Source: Candidatus Omnitrophota bacterium (GTDB taxonomy: Bacteria > Omnitrophota > Gorgyraeia > JAFGGP01). Taken from it: a DNA stretch of 64,000 nt. The translations under genes were made by a program, and so were the position numbers. The stretch is taken from the NCBI GenBank assembly GCA_016930485.1, contig JAFGGP010000021.1:12452-76451 (forward strand), in the 5' to 3' direction. Each line of letters starts with the position of its first letter. Position 1 is the first letter of the stretch. Below are positions 34,884 through 43,430 of the stretch, in pieces. A model generated the notes under the pieces. That model saw nothing but the letters and a program-made list of their open reading frames with translations. It searched no databases and was not told the origin of the DNA.

Positions 34884-34947
34884 ATTTCTCATTCTTTTTC
34901 TGTTTTTTCTAAGTGCGAGCGGCTGCCGGGTAGAGGAGGGTCGCGGT

Positions 34948-35412
34948 ATGGAGACGGAACGCGCAACGTTCGGGGCAGGCTGTTTCTGGGGGGTTGAGGC
35001 GGCATTCAGTCAGGTCAAGGGTGTGGCCTCCACACAGGTCGGTTATGCCGGGGGCTCGTTCAAAAATCCCTCCTATGAGGATGTGTGTTCAGGGAAAACC
35101 GGACATGCCGAGGTCGTGGATATCGAATATGACCCGGCAAAGGTATCGTACGCAGAACTGCTCGATATCTTCTGGAAGATCCACGACCCGACCACACCCA
35201 ACCGCCAGGGACCGGATACCGGCAGTCAGTACCGTTCCATCATCCTGTTCCACAACGCCGAACAGGAGGCCGCCGCAAAGGAGGCGAAAGAGCACCTCGG
35301 GAAGTCCGGCAGATACGGCAGGCCGATTGTCACCGAGGTCGCCCCCTTCAGGGAATTCTACCACGCCGAGGAGTACCACCAAAAATACTACATGAAATGT
35401 AAACCCCGTTAG
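34948..35412 (+). CDS. msrA: peptide-methionine (S)-S-oxide reductase
   Basis: GAGCFWGVEAAF active site. The ATG at 34948 follows GAGGAGGG. An alternative GTG at 34870 would add a lipoprotein signal (see findings). Confidence 0.9.
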   Translation: METERATFGAGCFWGVEAAFSQVKGVASTQVGYAGGSFKNPSYEDVCSGKTGHAEVVDIEYDPAKVSYAELLDIFWKIHDPTTPNRQGPDTGSQYRSIILFHNAEQEAAAKEAKEHLGKSGRYGRPIVTEVAPFREFYHAEEYHQKYYMKCKPR

Positions 35413-35500
35413 AGAATGCAAGAAACTCTGTCTTTTGCAATGGCAGGAATAGCGTAGGGCAGTCTTCGTCTAATTTTTTATCGTACCAGACTTCTCTAGG

Positions 35501-35551
35501 TTTACCCCATTAGAGAGGTTCCTAAGAGAATATATTCTCTAACGGGGTAAA
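35501..35551. repeat. palindromic unit built from the dispersed ACCCCGTTAGAGA motif
   Basis: TTTACCCCATTAGAGA (35501-35516) faces TCTCTAACGGGGTAAA (35536-35551). The perfect palindrome AGAGAATATATTCTCT lies at 35525-35540. Confidence 0.8.
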
Positions 35552-35689
35552 GGCGGCATCTGCCACATCCAATAGCAAGCTTTCCCCTCCCCCCCCTTCC
35601 GCTCACCCTGCCGATGTACAATGAGAAATATTGCGGCCCCTTTGACTTTAGGATAGAATAAAGGAACCGTTTAAGAAAGAGAGGTTATC

Positions 35690-36304
35690 ATGGAAGTACT
35701 CAATTCGATCGGTGTTTTGCTGGGAAGTTCCTGGGCATCCGGGGTAAATCTGTATCTCACGATTACCGGACTGGGCATCGCGAACCGGCTCGGCTGGATC
35801 GCCCTGCCGGGAGATATGGATATCATTTCTCACCCCGCGATCATCGGTATCGCAGCGTTCATGTACGCGATAGAGTTTATCGCCGATAAAGTTCCGTACG
35901 TGGACTCTGCGTGGGATTCGGTCCATACCTTTATACGCCCGCTCGGCGGGGCGGCTCTGGGCTATATGGCAATGGCGGATATGGGTCAGGCGGCGCAGAT
36001 CCCGGTAGCGCTCCTTACCGGCAGCGTGGCGCTCGATTCGCATCTTACCAAGGCAACGACCCGTGTCGCGATCAATACCTCACCCGAACCGGTCACCAAC
36101 TCGGTAGCCAGCGTCACTGAGGATGCCGGCGTCATCGGTGTCATGTATCTCATCCTGCAACACCCGGTCATTGCCGCGTTACTCGTTATTGCCTTTATCG
36201 CGTTTTCCGTCTGGTTCCTGAGAAAAATGTTTCATCTGGTAAAAAGGGTCTTTGCCGGAAAAAGCGGAGGATCCGCTTCGCAGAAAAAGGCCGATATCCA
36301 ATGA
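35690..36304 (+). CDS. DUF4126-family membrane protein
   Basis: SWASGVNLYLTITGLG...EFIADKVPYVDSAWDSVHTFIRPLGGA. Confidence 0.8.
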   Translation: MEVLNSIGVLLGSSWASGVNLYLTITGLGIANRLGWIALPGDMDIISHPAIIGIAAFMYAIEFIADKVPYVDSAWDSVHTFIRPLGGAALGYMAMADMGQAAQIPVALLTGSVALDSHLTKATTRVAINTSPEPVTNSVASVTEDAGVIGVMYLILQHPVIAALLVIAFIAFSVWFLRKMFHLVKRVFAGKSGGSASQKKADIQ

Positions 36305-37275
36305 CCGCCAAAGAAGATGATTCTGTAAATGCTCCGGTCAGAATCGGCATCAGCGCCTGTCTGTTGGGAGAGAAGGTCCGTTATGACGGCGGCCACAAAC
36401 TGGACCGGTACCTGCGTGACACAGTGGGCCGGTTTGTCACGTGGGTGGGCGTCTGCCCTGAGGTTGAATGCGGGCTTTCGGTGCCACGGGAGGCAATGCG
36501 GCTGGTCGGGCCGATCGAGTCGCCGCGCCTCGTGACTCAGAAAACAGGCATCGACCACACCGAACGGATGCAACGCTGGGCAGAAAAAAGGGTGCGGGAG
36601 CTGGAAAAAGAAAATCTGTGCGGGTTTATTTTTAAATCCGGCTCGCCCAGCTCCGGCATGGAAAAGGTCCGGGTATATAACGCAAAAGGTATGCCGGTTA
36701 AAAAGGGTGTCGGGATGTTTGCGCTGAAATTCATGGAGCGCTTTCCGCTCCTGCCTGTTGAAGACGACGGCCGGCTTCAGGATCTGCCGCTCAGGGAAAA
36801 TTTTATCTCGCGGGCCTTCGTTTTCAGGCGCTGGCTCGACTTCCTGGAAGAGGACGGATCGCTCAAAGGACTCGTTTCGTTTCACACGGCACACAAATTG
36901 CTTATTATGTCGCACAGCCCAAAGGCCCTCGCCGAACTCGGTAATCTGGTGGCCCGGACAAAGAAAATAAAGAGAAAAGAACTCCTGGAGATGTATATCG
37001 GACGGGTGATGGACGCATTGAAGTTGATGGCGACGGTAAAAAAGAATGCGAACGTCCTCTATCATATCGCCGGATATTTCAAAAAACAGCTCACCGCCGA
37101 TGAAAAGGCAGAGCTGGGGGAGATCATCGGCCAGTACCACGCCGGTCTCGTTCCCCTCATCGTGCCGATCACGCTCCTTGGCCACTATGTCCGCAAACAC
37201 CGGGAGCCCTACCTGCTTAAACAGGTCTATCTCTATCCCCATCCCACAGAACTCATGCTGAGAAACCATGTATAA
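36301..37275 (+). CDS. DUF523 plus DUF1722 (YbbK/YbgA-type) fusion protein
   Basis: RIGISACLLGEKVRYDGGHK...CPEVECGL, then a YbgA-like helical C-terminal half. A 348-aa ORF on the opposite strand is a shadow. Confidence 0.8.
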   Translation: MTAKEDDSVNAPVRIGISACLLGEKVRYDGGHKLDRYLRDTVGRFVTWVGVCPEVECGLSVPREAMRLVGPIESPRLVTQKTGIDHTERMQRWAEKRVRELEKENLCGFIFKSGSPSSGMEKVRVYNAKGMPVKKGVGMFALKFMERFPLLPVEDDGRLQDLPLRENFISRAFVFRRWLDFLEEDGSLKGLVSFHTAHKLLIMSHSPKALAELGNLVARTKKIKRKELLEMYIGRVMDALKLMATVKKNANVLYHIAGYFKKQLTADEKAELGEIIGQYHAGLVPLIVPITLLGHYVRKHREPYLLKQVYLYPHPTELMLRNHV

Positions 37276-37379
37276 CACACGCGGGGAACGTATGAAAAAA
37301 ATAGCGGCTGTTTGTTGTGTCTTTATACTCTGACGTAGCGTTATCAGGCCATTTTAAGGTCGAAGAACAAGGTGTGCTC

Positions 37380-37631
37380 ATGAAGGTGCTCGTGGCCGGA
37401 CGGGGGATCCCTTCTGGACCGGCCAAGCTCACCGTCACGTGCACCTTCACCGACGGTCTCTCGGGCGAAGACATTGCTACCCTGACCGACACCAAAGAAT
37501 TCACCAGCCAGTACAGTAATGAGCCGCTTGAGACGCAGCAGGACCTGGACGCGCTCTCGGAGCTCTTCGGTGTATGGGGCAGACGCCTGGCACATTTCAT
37601 CCTCCAGCAAAAAGCCCCGCCCGAACAATAA
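37380..37631 (+). CDS. hypothetical small protein (weak call)
   Basis: 83-aa ORF starting MKVLVAGRGIPSGPAKLTV with a weak AAGG RBS. I recognise no family. It lies in a convergent intergenic zone rich in repeats. Confidence 0.3.
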   Translation: MKVLVAGRGIPSGPAKLTVTCTFTDGLSGEDIATLTDTKEFTSQYSNEPLETQQDLDALSELFGVWGRRLAHFILQQKAPPEQ

Positions 37632-37682
37632 CCTCCCTGTCCTTTCCTTTATACTATTGCTTTGTGACACAAATTCCACACT

Positions 37683-37766
37683 GTCATCCCGCACTTGATG
37701 CCTGTCCCGTACCCCGATACGGGGCGGGATCCAGTTATTATAGATTCCCGTTTGCGCGGGAGTGAC
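37683..37766. repeat. MITE/REP-like palindromic element
   Basis: The termini GTCATCCCGC and GCGGGAGTGAC are inverted. The inner hairpin is CCCGTACCCCGATACGGGGCGGG. GTGACACAA occurs on both flanks (37664 and 37762). Confidence 0.7.
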
Positions 37767-37935
37767 ACAAGGCAAAAATGTATGTCACAGAGCACTATCA
37801 ATCAAATATGGGATACATAATTCGGAGAATGCTTTAATAGTATACCCGGTTGGGGCGCATTGTTCTCCATGGCGGAGAAAAAGCAATAATCGGTCAGGGG
37901 ATATATCGGCGGGCCGGGGCAAAACTCTGTCTTTT

Positions 37936-40230
37936 TCAGGAGAAAGGCCGTTTAGGGATAAAAGCAACGCGCAGGAGCAGCAATACCGAAATGTTAAGGA
38001 GTGCTACGAAAAAACACGTCTGATATATCCCCAAAAGAGGAATGAGGATAGCGGCTGTGATGAGGGCGCCGACACAGGAACCCGCCAGATCCATCCCATA
38101 GTAAAGTCCGGCAGAGTGCCCCACTTCGGCAGAGCCCCCCAGATACAGCTTGTTTGCCAGGGGAAACTGTATGCCTCCGAGAAAACCGGCAATGATTGGA
38201 AGTAGCGGAAAAATGACGTTCGAACCCGCCCATTGCAGTGCCCCTGAATTAGAAGAGGAAAAAAGAGAAAAGACAACCGGCAGGATAAAGGGATAGACAC
38301 AGATACCTGCCTGAACCCACATATAGGCCAGACGTTCATCCCCGAGCCGGGAAAACCGTTTCGTAATAAAGAAGCCGCCCGCCGAAAGCCCTATCATAAA
38401 TGATGTCAGAATAAGACCCAGTTTATAAAAAAGATAGCCGTAGATAATCTGAAATGAGAGAAGAATGACTACCTGAAAGGCGATCTCGGAAAATCCCGTC
38501 GTCAAAACAGAAATGAGGACCGCCTTCTTGTAAAAGGCGGCATCCCACTTCCGCGCAATCCCCAAAAGCAGAATGCAGACAGAGAGAATGCACGCACATA
38601 ACCATATCCCGCTACTGGTAATGCCCGTCAGTATTTTTTTGAAAACCGAACCGGGGAAACGGGAACTCCAGAATATAATATCGTAGTAATATGAAATGGG
38701 TTTAAAATCATGGTTCAGGACGCCCCCCATTTCATTGATAAGATCCTCCCTGATCGCCCTGAGCCGGCCGGGAGACATGCGCGCAAAAAGATACCCCTCG
38801 CTGACGAACGACGTGCGAATGCCGCGTTCCCTGATTCGCCCTTCGAGCACCTGATAGTCCCGCGCAAAAAGGCCCCGCTGGGGAGAAGCCAGGAAGTGCG
38901 CTGTGTCGCCGGGGATCACGAGCAGTTCGGGAAAGACCATGCGCATGGTATAGTACACCGAACCCATGAAAGTCCGCAGAGTATCGCTGATATAATTATC
39001 CGAGGCCGTAACCGAAAAGGCGGCAACGCCTGATTCCTTCAGGATTCGTTTAAGTTCCTGTAAAAATTCCACCGTAAAATACCGGTTCAGCTGTGCCGTG
39101 TAAGGATCCCCCACCGTAATAATCACCACGTCATACTGCTTTTGTGTATGTTTGACGTACGAGCGCCCGTCGGTATAGATAATCTGCACGCGCCTGTCGC
39201 CCAGCGGGGCAAGAAACCGGTCCTCGAGCGTCCTCTGAGAGAGCGCAATGACATCCGGGTCAAGCTCGACATAATCAACATGTTGGACCGGATGTTTGAG
39301 TGTCTCGGCAACCAACCCCCCCATCCCCCCGCCGATCAGGAGCACGTCACGAGGAAGGGGATGTTCGAGAAGCGCAAAGTGTACTGCCTCTTCGGCGGAC
39401 AATATATCGCCGGCGGTATAGAGATGTAACCCGTTATAAAAAAAGGATGTTTCGCCGCCTCGCTTGAGCACCGCAAGGTTTCCGTAAATACTGTTATCTA
39501 CGGCAACGACATCGTATCCCTCCCATTGTTTCGTGTATGTGAACCGGTCGATCCGGTCCCATCCCCCGAACAGCCAGAGCGTTCCCGTAAAGAGCAGTAT
39601 CGCGCAAAGAGTAACAAAGAGAGGTTTCGTCCCGACACCCCTTCTAAATGCCTGATATGCACATGCGGATGCCATGAGCATATTTGCCGAAGAGAGAAAG
39701 GCGATAATGGTAAACGAACCGAGATGGCGGATGAGAATAAAACTTAATAAAAGACCGCCTGCCATAGAACCGACAGCCTCGTACACATAGACCGAGCCGA
39801 TGCTTTCTGCCGGCGCCTCCCCGCCCTTTCGGAAACACACGCAGCCTACCGCAAACATACCTCCCAGAAGAAAACAGAGCGGCCCTACTGCGGTAAACGC
39901 CGTGAGTGCCATAGGAAGAAAATCGACTATCTCCCCAACCGCAAAACCGAGTGCGCTTTTAATGAGTCGTACAGCGACGATAATGGCGGGGAGAATTAGG
40001 GAAAGGGCTGCCTCACCGAAAATGAAAAATGTTACGGCGCTTGCCGCCTTTTTTAATCCTGCGAGCGCCCAGCTGCCGAGCGCCACCCATATCAGCCAGG
40101 CAGCGAGGATCAACGCAATGGAAAGTTCATTTCCGTAAAAGACACCCATGAACTCCCGCATGATGACGATCTGGGAGCTCATTGCGGTAAACCCGAGAAG
40201 AAATATTGCCAGAATAAGCGTCTTTTTCAT
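37936..40230 (-). CDS. fused polytopic membrane / spermidine-synthase-like (polyamine aminopropyltransferase fold) protein
   Basis: N- and C-terminal multi-TM blocks flank VLLIGGGMGGLVAETLKHP...VDYVELDPDVI (methyltransferase-fold motif). I start it at MKKTLILAIF (40230). Confidence 0.82.
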   Translation of the reverse strand: MKKTLILAIFLLGFTAMSSQIVIMREFMGVFYGNELSIALILAAWLIWVALGSWALAGLKKAASAVTFFIFGEAALSLILPAIIVAVRLIKSALGFAVGEIVDFLPMALTAFTAVGPLCFLLGGMFAVGCVCFRKGGEAPAESIGSVYVYEAVGSMAGGLLLSFILIRHLGSFTIIAFLSSANMLMASACAYQAFRRGVGTKPLFVTLCAILLFTGTLWLFGGWDRIDRFTYTKQWEGYDVVAVDNSIYGNLAVLKRGGETSFFYNGLHLYTAGDILSAEEAVHFALLEHPLPRDVLLIGGGMGGLVAETLKHPVQHVDYVELDPDVIALSQRTLEDRFLAPLGDRRVQIIYTDGRSYVKHTQKQYDVVIITVGDPYTAQLNRYFTVEFLQELKRILKESGVAAFSVTASDNYISDTLRTFMGSVYYTMRMVFPELLVIPGDTAHFLASPQRGLFARDYQVLEGRIRERGIRTSFVSEGYLFARMSPGRLRAIREDLINEMGGVLNHDFKPISYYYDIIFWSSRFPGSVFKKILTGITSSGIWLCACILSVCILLLGIARKWDAAFYKKAVLISVLTTGFSEIAFQVVILLSFQIIYGYLFYKLGLILTSFMIGLSAGGFFITKRFSRLGDERLAYMWVQAGICVYPFILPVVFSLFSSSNSGALQWAGSNVIFPLLPIIAGFLGGIQFPLANKLYLGGSAEVGHSAGLYYGMDLAGSCVGALITAAILIPLLGIYQTCFFVALLNISVLLLLRVAFIPKRPFS

Positions 40231-40465
40231 ACTGTCATCATTGTAGCGTATGGGGGCCTTTTTAACAAGATACAAGTCACAGGTAGCATGTCAGATGTAA
40301 CATGTAACAGGCGACTGAAAGACTCAAAAATCGGATCCCACATCAAGCGAAGTCTCGTCAAGTAGTGTGACGAATTCGGGATGACAGAGAAAAGTATCGC
40401 GGAACGATGTAAGTTAGCTGCTTTTGTTTGTTAATTTGAGACCGTTGCAAAACCCTGCTAAAGAC

Positions 40466-40541
40466 GTCATTGCGAGCCTGAATGGTGAAGCAATCTCTTT
40501 TTTTGAGATTACTTCGGTCGCTTTGCTTCCTCCCTAATGAC
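40466..40541. repeat. REP-like long imperfect hairpin
   Basis: GTCATTGCGAGCCTGAATGGTGAAGCAATCTC-T7-GAGATTACTTCGGTCGCTTTGCTTCCTCCCTAATGAC. The termini GTCATT and AATGAC are inverted. Confidence 0.7.
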
Positions 40542-40570
40542 AGCACGAGATACTTTTTCAACGGTCTCAA

Positions 40571-40628
40571 TTTGGATTTGGATGATTCATTTGGATGATT
40601 CATTTGGATTTTGACATTTGGAATTTGA
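40571..40628. repeat. short tandem repeat (TTTGGA-containing, 13-nt unit TTTGGATGATTCA in two exact copies)
   Basis: TTTGGA occurs at 40571, 40577, 40590, 40603 and 40617. The exact 13-mers are at 40577-40589 and 40590-40602. Confidence 0.85.
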
Positions 40629-40630
40629 GA

Positions 40631-41020
40631 TTACGAAAGGGTTTTTCTAATCTCATCCGGGATTGCCCGCGGCTTAAACTGGGGTGAGACGCATACAAGG
40701 GTGGTTGTCGCGTGCACAAGTACGGTATCGTTGTGCCGGATCTCCTGCGAAAACGTAATCGAGGCGCGCGATACGTCCGTAACTGCGGTCGAAATAGCGA
40801 GGGTATCCTCGTAACGGGCCGGGGCCTTATAAGTAATATCAACCTGCTTCACTACAAACCAGAGCCCCTGCGCAGCGCAGTCCCGTAAGCTGATATTTCT
40901 CCCGGCGAAATACTCGGTACGCCCCTCCTCCATGTACTTCAGGTAGTTGCTGTAGTAGACAACACCGCCGCAGTCGGTATCGTGATAATAGATTTTTTTT
41001 TGAATAACGGACATCTTCAT
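40631..41020 (-). CDS. acyl-CoA thioesterase (4HBT/YbgC family)
   Basis: IYYHDTDCGGVVYYSNYLKYMEEGRTEYF hotdog-fold signature. Confidence 0.85.
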   Translation of the reverse strand: MKMSVIQKKIYYHDTDCGGVVYYSNYLKYMEEGRTEYFAGRNISLRDCAAQGLWFVVKQVDITYKAPARYEDTLAISTAVTDVSRASITFSQEIRHNDTVLVHATTTLVCVSPQFKPRAIPDEIRKTLS

Positions 41021-41055
41021 TTTACGGCCGCACTATTCATCAGGGAGCGGCAAAA

Positions 41056-42444
41056 TCAGGTGAGACTGGCTGCACCCATCCCGTCTGCCTGGGAACCGTC
41101 AAAAAGCACCTTCGTCCTCCACTTGCCGCTCACATAATAAAGACAGTTAAGCAGCATAACCGCAAAGGTGCCCATAAGAATAGCAAGCCAGATGCCCGAC
41201 TCCCTTAGTGTTGTTCGTCCTACCAGAAAATAGGCGAGCGGTATCTTAACGCACACGATCGCAATAAAGGCGAAAAGTAAGAGATACTTTGTGTCCCCTG
41301 CCCCCCTGATAACACCCTGTAACGCAAAGATAAAGGCAAACGCCAGGTATCCTACGCTGACAATCTCAAGATAACGCGAGGCATGCATCAGGACAAATGC
41401 ATTTGAGGTAAAGATAGAGGTTATCTGGTAAGGATAGGTGTTGACAAGAAAATAAAAAAGTATCGCAAAAGAGAGTGAAAAGGGGACCGCGCTTTGCAGA
41501 ATGCGCGGCACCCGTTCGCTTTGCTGCGCCCCCAGATTTTGCGCAACCATCGTGGAAACGGCGATGCCGATCGAAAGGCACGGCAGAAAAGCAAACATAT
41601 CGATGCGCATCCCGATCCCGTAGGCCGCGGTCACACTGGGTCCGAACATATTGACCAACGACATAAGAACCATCCAGCTCAGGGCCTTCAGTACAAGCTG
41701 GCCCGATACCGGCATGCCGACCGTGAATAGTTGCCTGATGATCTTCCCATCCGGCGTAAAATCCCAGTCGCCGATCTGCAATAGCGGGTTTTTCCTGATG
41801 AAGTATACATATCCGAGAAAAATCGAAACAAAGAACGCAAAGACACTCGCAAGGGCCGAACCCGCTATGCCAAAAGCGGGGAGCGGGCCGGCACCCACGA
41901 TAAGCAGAGGGGTTACGATCAGATTAATTCCCGCGGATATCGCTAGCAGGGAAAGCGGCGTCTTTGAATCACCCAATCCCCGCAACACGCCGCTAAACCA
42001 GCTAAAAGCCGCCCTGAATATAACGCCCCCCAGAATGATAACAAGATAGGTCTGTGCATCGCGATGAATCGTCTCCGGCGTATTGATGAGAGAGAGAATC
42101 TGACTGCTGAATATAATAGCTATGACAGCAATCGCGCCACAGAATATCATAATAGTAATAAAAGAATTGGTGAGGACCTTGCGCAGATAATCAATATTTC
42201 CTGAGCCGTATGACTGGCCAACAAGTATATTGGTAGCAATGCCCAGGCCGATCAGGACGGCAAAGAGAGAAAAAAGAAGCGGGGAGCAGACAGCGATGGC
42301 TGCCAGCGCCTCATGTCCGATCAGACGCCCAACCCATACCGCGTCAATAACATGGTAAAGGGATTGTAATATATCCCCTGCGATGATGGGCAGAGAAAAA
42401 AGGAAAAGCTGTTTAGTAATATTGCCGTGAGTGAAATTCTGCAT
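41056..42444 (-). CDS. MATE-family efflux transporter
   Basis: 12 TM helices. The N-terminus is ITKQLFLFSLPIIAGDILQSLYHVIDAVWVGRL. Confidence 0.9.
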   Translation of the reverse strand: MQNFTHGNITKQLFLFSLPIIAGDILQSLYHVIDAVWVGRLIGHEALAAIAVCSPLLFSLFAVLIGLGIATNILVGQSYGSGNIDYLRKVLTNSFITIMIFCGAIAVIAIIFSSQILSLINTPETIHRDAQTYLVIILGGVIFRAAFSWFSGVLRGLGDSKTPLSLLAISAGINLIVTPLLIVGAGPLPAFGIAGSALASVFAFFVSIFLGYVYFIRKNPLLQIGDWDFTPDGKIIRQLFTVGMPVSGQLVLKALSWMVLMSLVNMFGPSVTAAYGIGMRIDMFAFLPCLSIGIAVSTMVAQNLGAQQSERVPRILQSAVPFSLSFAILFYFLVNTYPYQITSIFTSNAFVLMHASRYLEIVSVGYLAFAFIFALQGVIRGAGDTKYLLLFAFIAIVCVKIPLAYFLVGRTTLRESGIWLAILMGTFAVMLLNCLYYVSGKWRTKVLFDGSQADGMGAASLT

Positions 42445-42519
42445 AGGTGCCGTAACGCTATTTAGTGTTATTGTACCATTAGCGGATTATAACGTCAAGG
42501 AACAAAAGAGGTTAGAAGA

Positions 42520-43428
42520 CTATGGAGAAGAGGGCTGTTTTTGCCAGAGCCACTTTCTTATATGCGGACGGGAAAAACAGACGACACAAGTACACCAGAG
42601 GGCAATCTCGAAAAGCGCGGTTACCAGAAGGGACTGGCCTGTCTTGTCGGTATGGGCGTAACGGGTAAATAATAATACGAATAATCCAACTCTCAAAACG
42701 ATGATCGTCATAAGTCCGCCGACTAAAACGGCAAGCCAGCGATTGCGTTTCAGGATCCCGATGGCCCCGACAATGTAGATGAGCCCGATCGCTGCCTGGC
42801 GTATCGCCCGGGAAGAAAGCATGGCATATGAAAAGAGTGTATATGCTACCTGCAGGGATGCAACATAGAGAAAAAATATGCCGTCCAGAATAATAAAAAG
42901 TGCCAGAATGCTGACAGCGCGGGGCCTTTCAGGATGATGGATAACGGGATGCAGTGGCTGAAAAAACGGGACATCCGTTTTTGAATAGCCGAGCATCACG
43001 AGAAAGAACGCCTCGAGTATAATAACCGACCCGCTTCCAAAAAGAAAGCAATATGCAAAAAGAAGTAACGCCTCCTCGAAGAGCTCGGGATTGGTCGCCA
43101 TAAGAGGGACAAGCTCGATGGCCCAGAAATAGACGGTGGTAGTAATAAGGAAAGCGGCCGTTAGCCGGAAAAGTCCTGCCTTTACTTCCCGGCTCCACGG
43201 TACGATGCCCGCACTTATCAAAAAATAGGTAAGGGCCGGGAGAGTACTGCATACATAACTCAGCAGGGCCAACCCCGGTATGTGGCGTAGCGAGCCGCGG
43301 GCATATATAAACCACACATAGTGTCTCCAGAGACAAAAGAGCAGTGTATATCCAAAAATAATGCCGCCGAAGATAATCCTCTCTACAGACCGGTCCTCCC
43401 GATGGGCCACAGCAGGGGCATAATCCAT
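42520..43428 (-). CDS. polytopic membrane protein (unknown family), last gene of the pseudopilin operon
   Basis: About eight hydrophobic helices. The Met at 43428 lies 2 nt after the upstream gene's stop codon. Confidence 0.6.
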   Translation of the reverse strand: MDYAPAVAHREDRSVERIIFGGIIFGYTLLFCLWRHYVWFIYARGSLRHIPGLALLSYVCSTLPALTYFLISAGIVPWSREVKAGLFRLTAAFLITTTVYFWAIELVPLMATNPELFEEALLLFAYCFLFGSGSVIILEAFFLVMLGYSKTDVPFFQPLHPVIHHPERPRAVSILALFIILDGIFFLYVASLQVAYTLFSYAMLSSRAIRQAAIGLIYIVGAIGILKRNRWLAVLVGGLMTIIVLRVGLFVLLFTRYAHTDKTGQSLLVTALFEIALWCTCVVCFSRPHIRKWLWQKQPSSP

Positions 43429-43430
43429 GG

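Noticed and set aside
36232-37278. 348-aa minus-strand ORF spanning the whole DUF523/DUF1722 gene
   Set aside because: Its composition is implausible (rich in F, H, R and C) and it shows no motifs. The plus-strand frame has clear family signatures and overlaps the upstream gene by ATGA. This is a long antisense shadow.
37292-37333. Mini-ORF MKKIAAVCCVFIL* as the frameshifted signal peptide of the following 37317..37631 ORF
   Set aside because: Joining the frames needs an indel, and the merged N-terminus would contain Asp within the hydrophobic core. Changing the A7 run by one nucleotide in either direction gives early stops. There is no support for a pseudogene or programmed frameshift.
40571-40628. 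Possible CRISPR array or mini-array
   Set aside because: The units are only 6-13 nt with no spacers of unique sequence. There are no cas genes and no 24-48 nt repeats, so this is a simple short tandem repeat.
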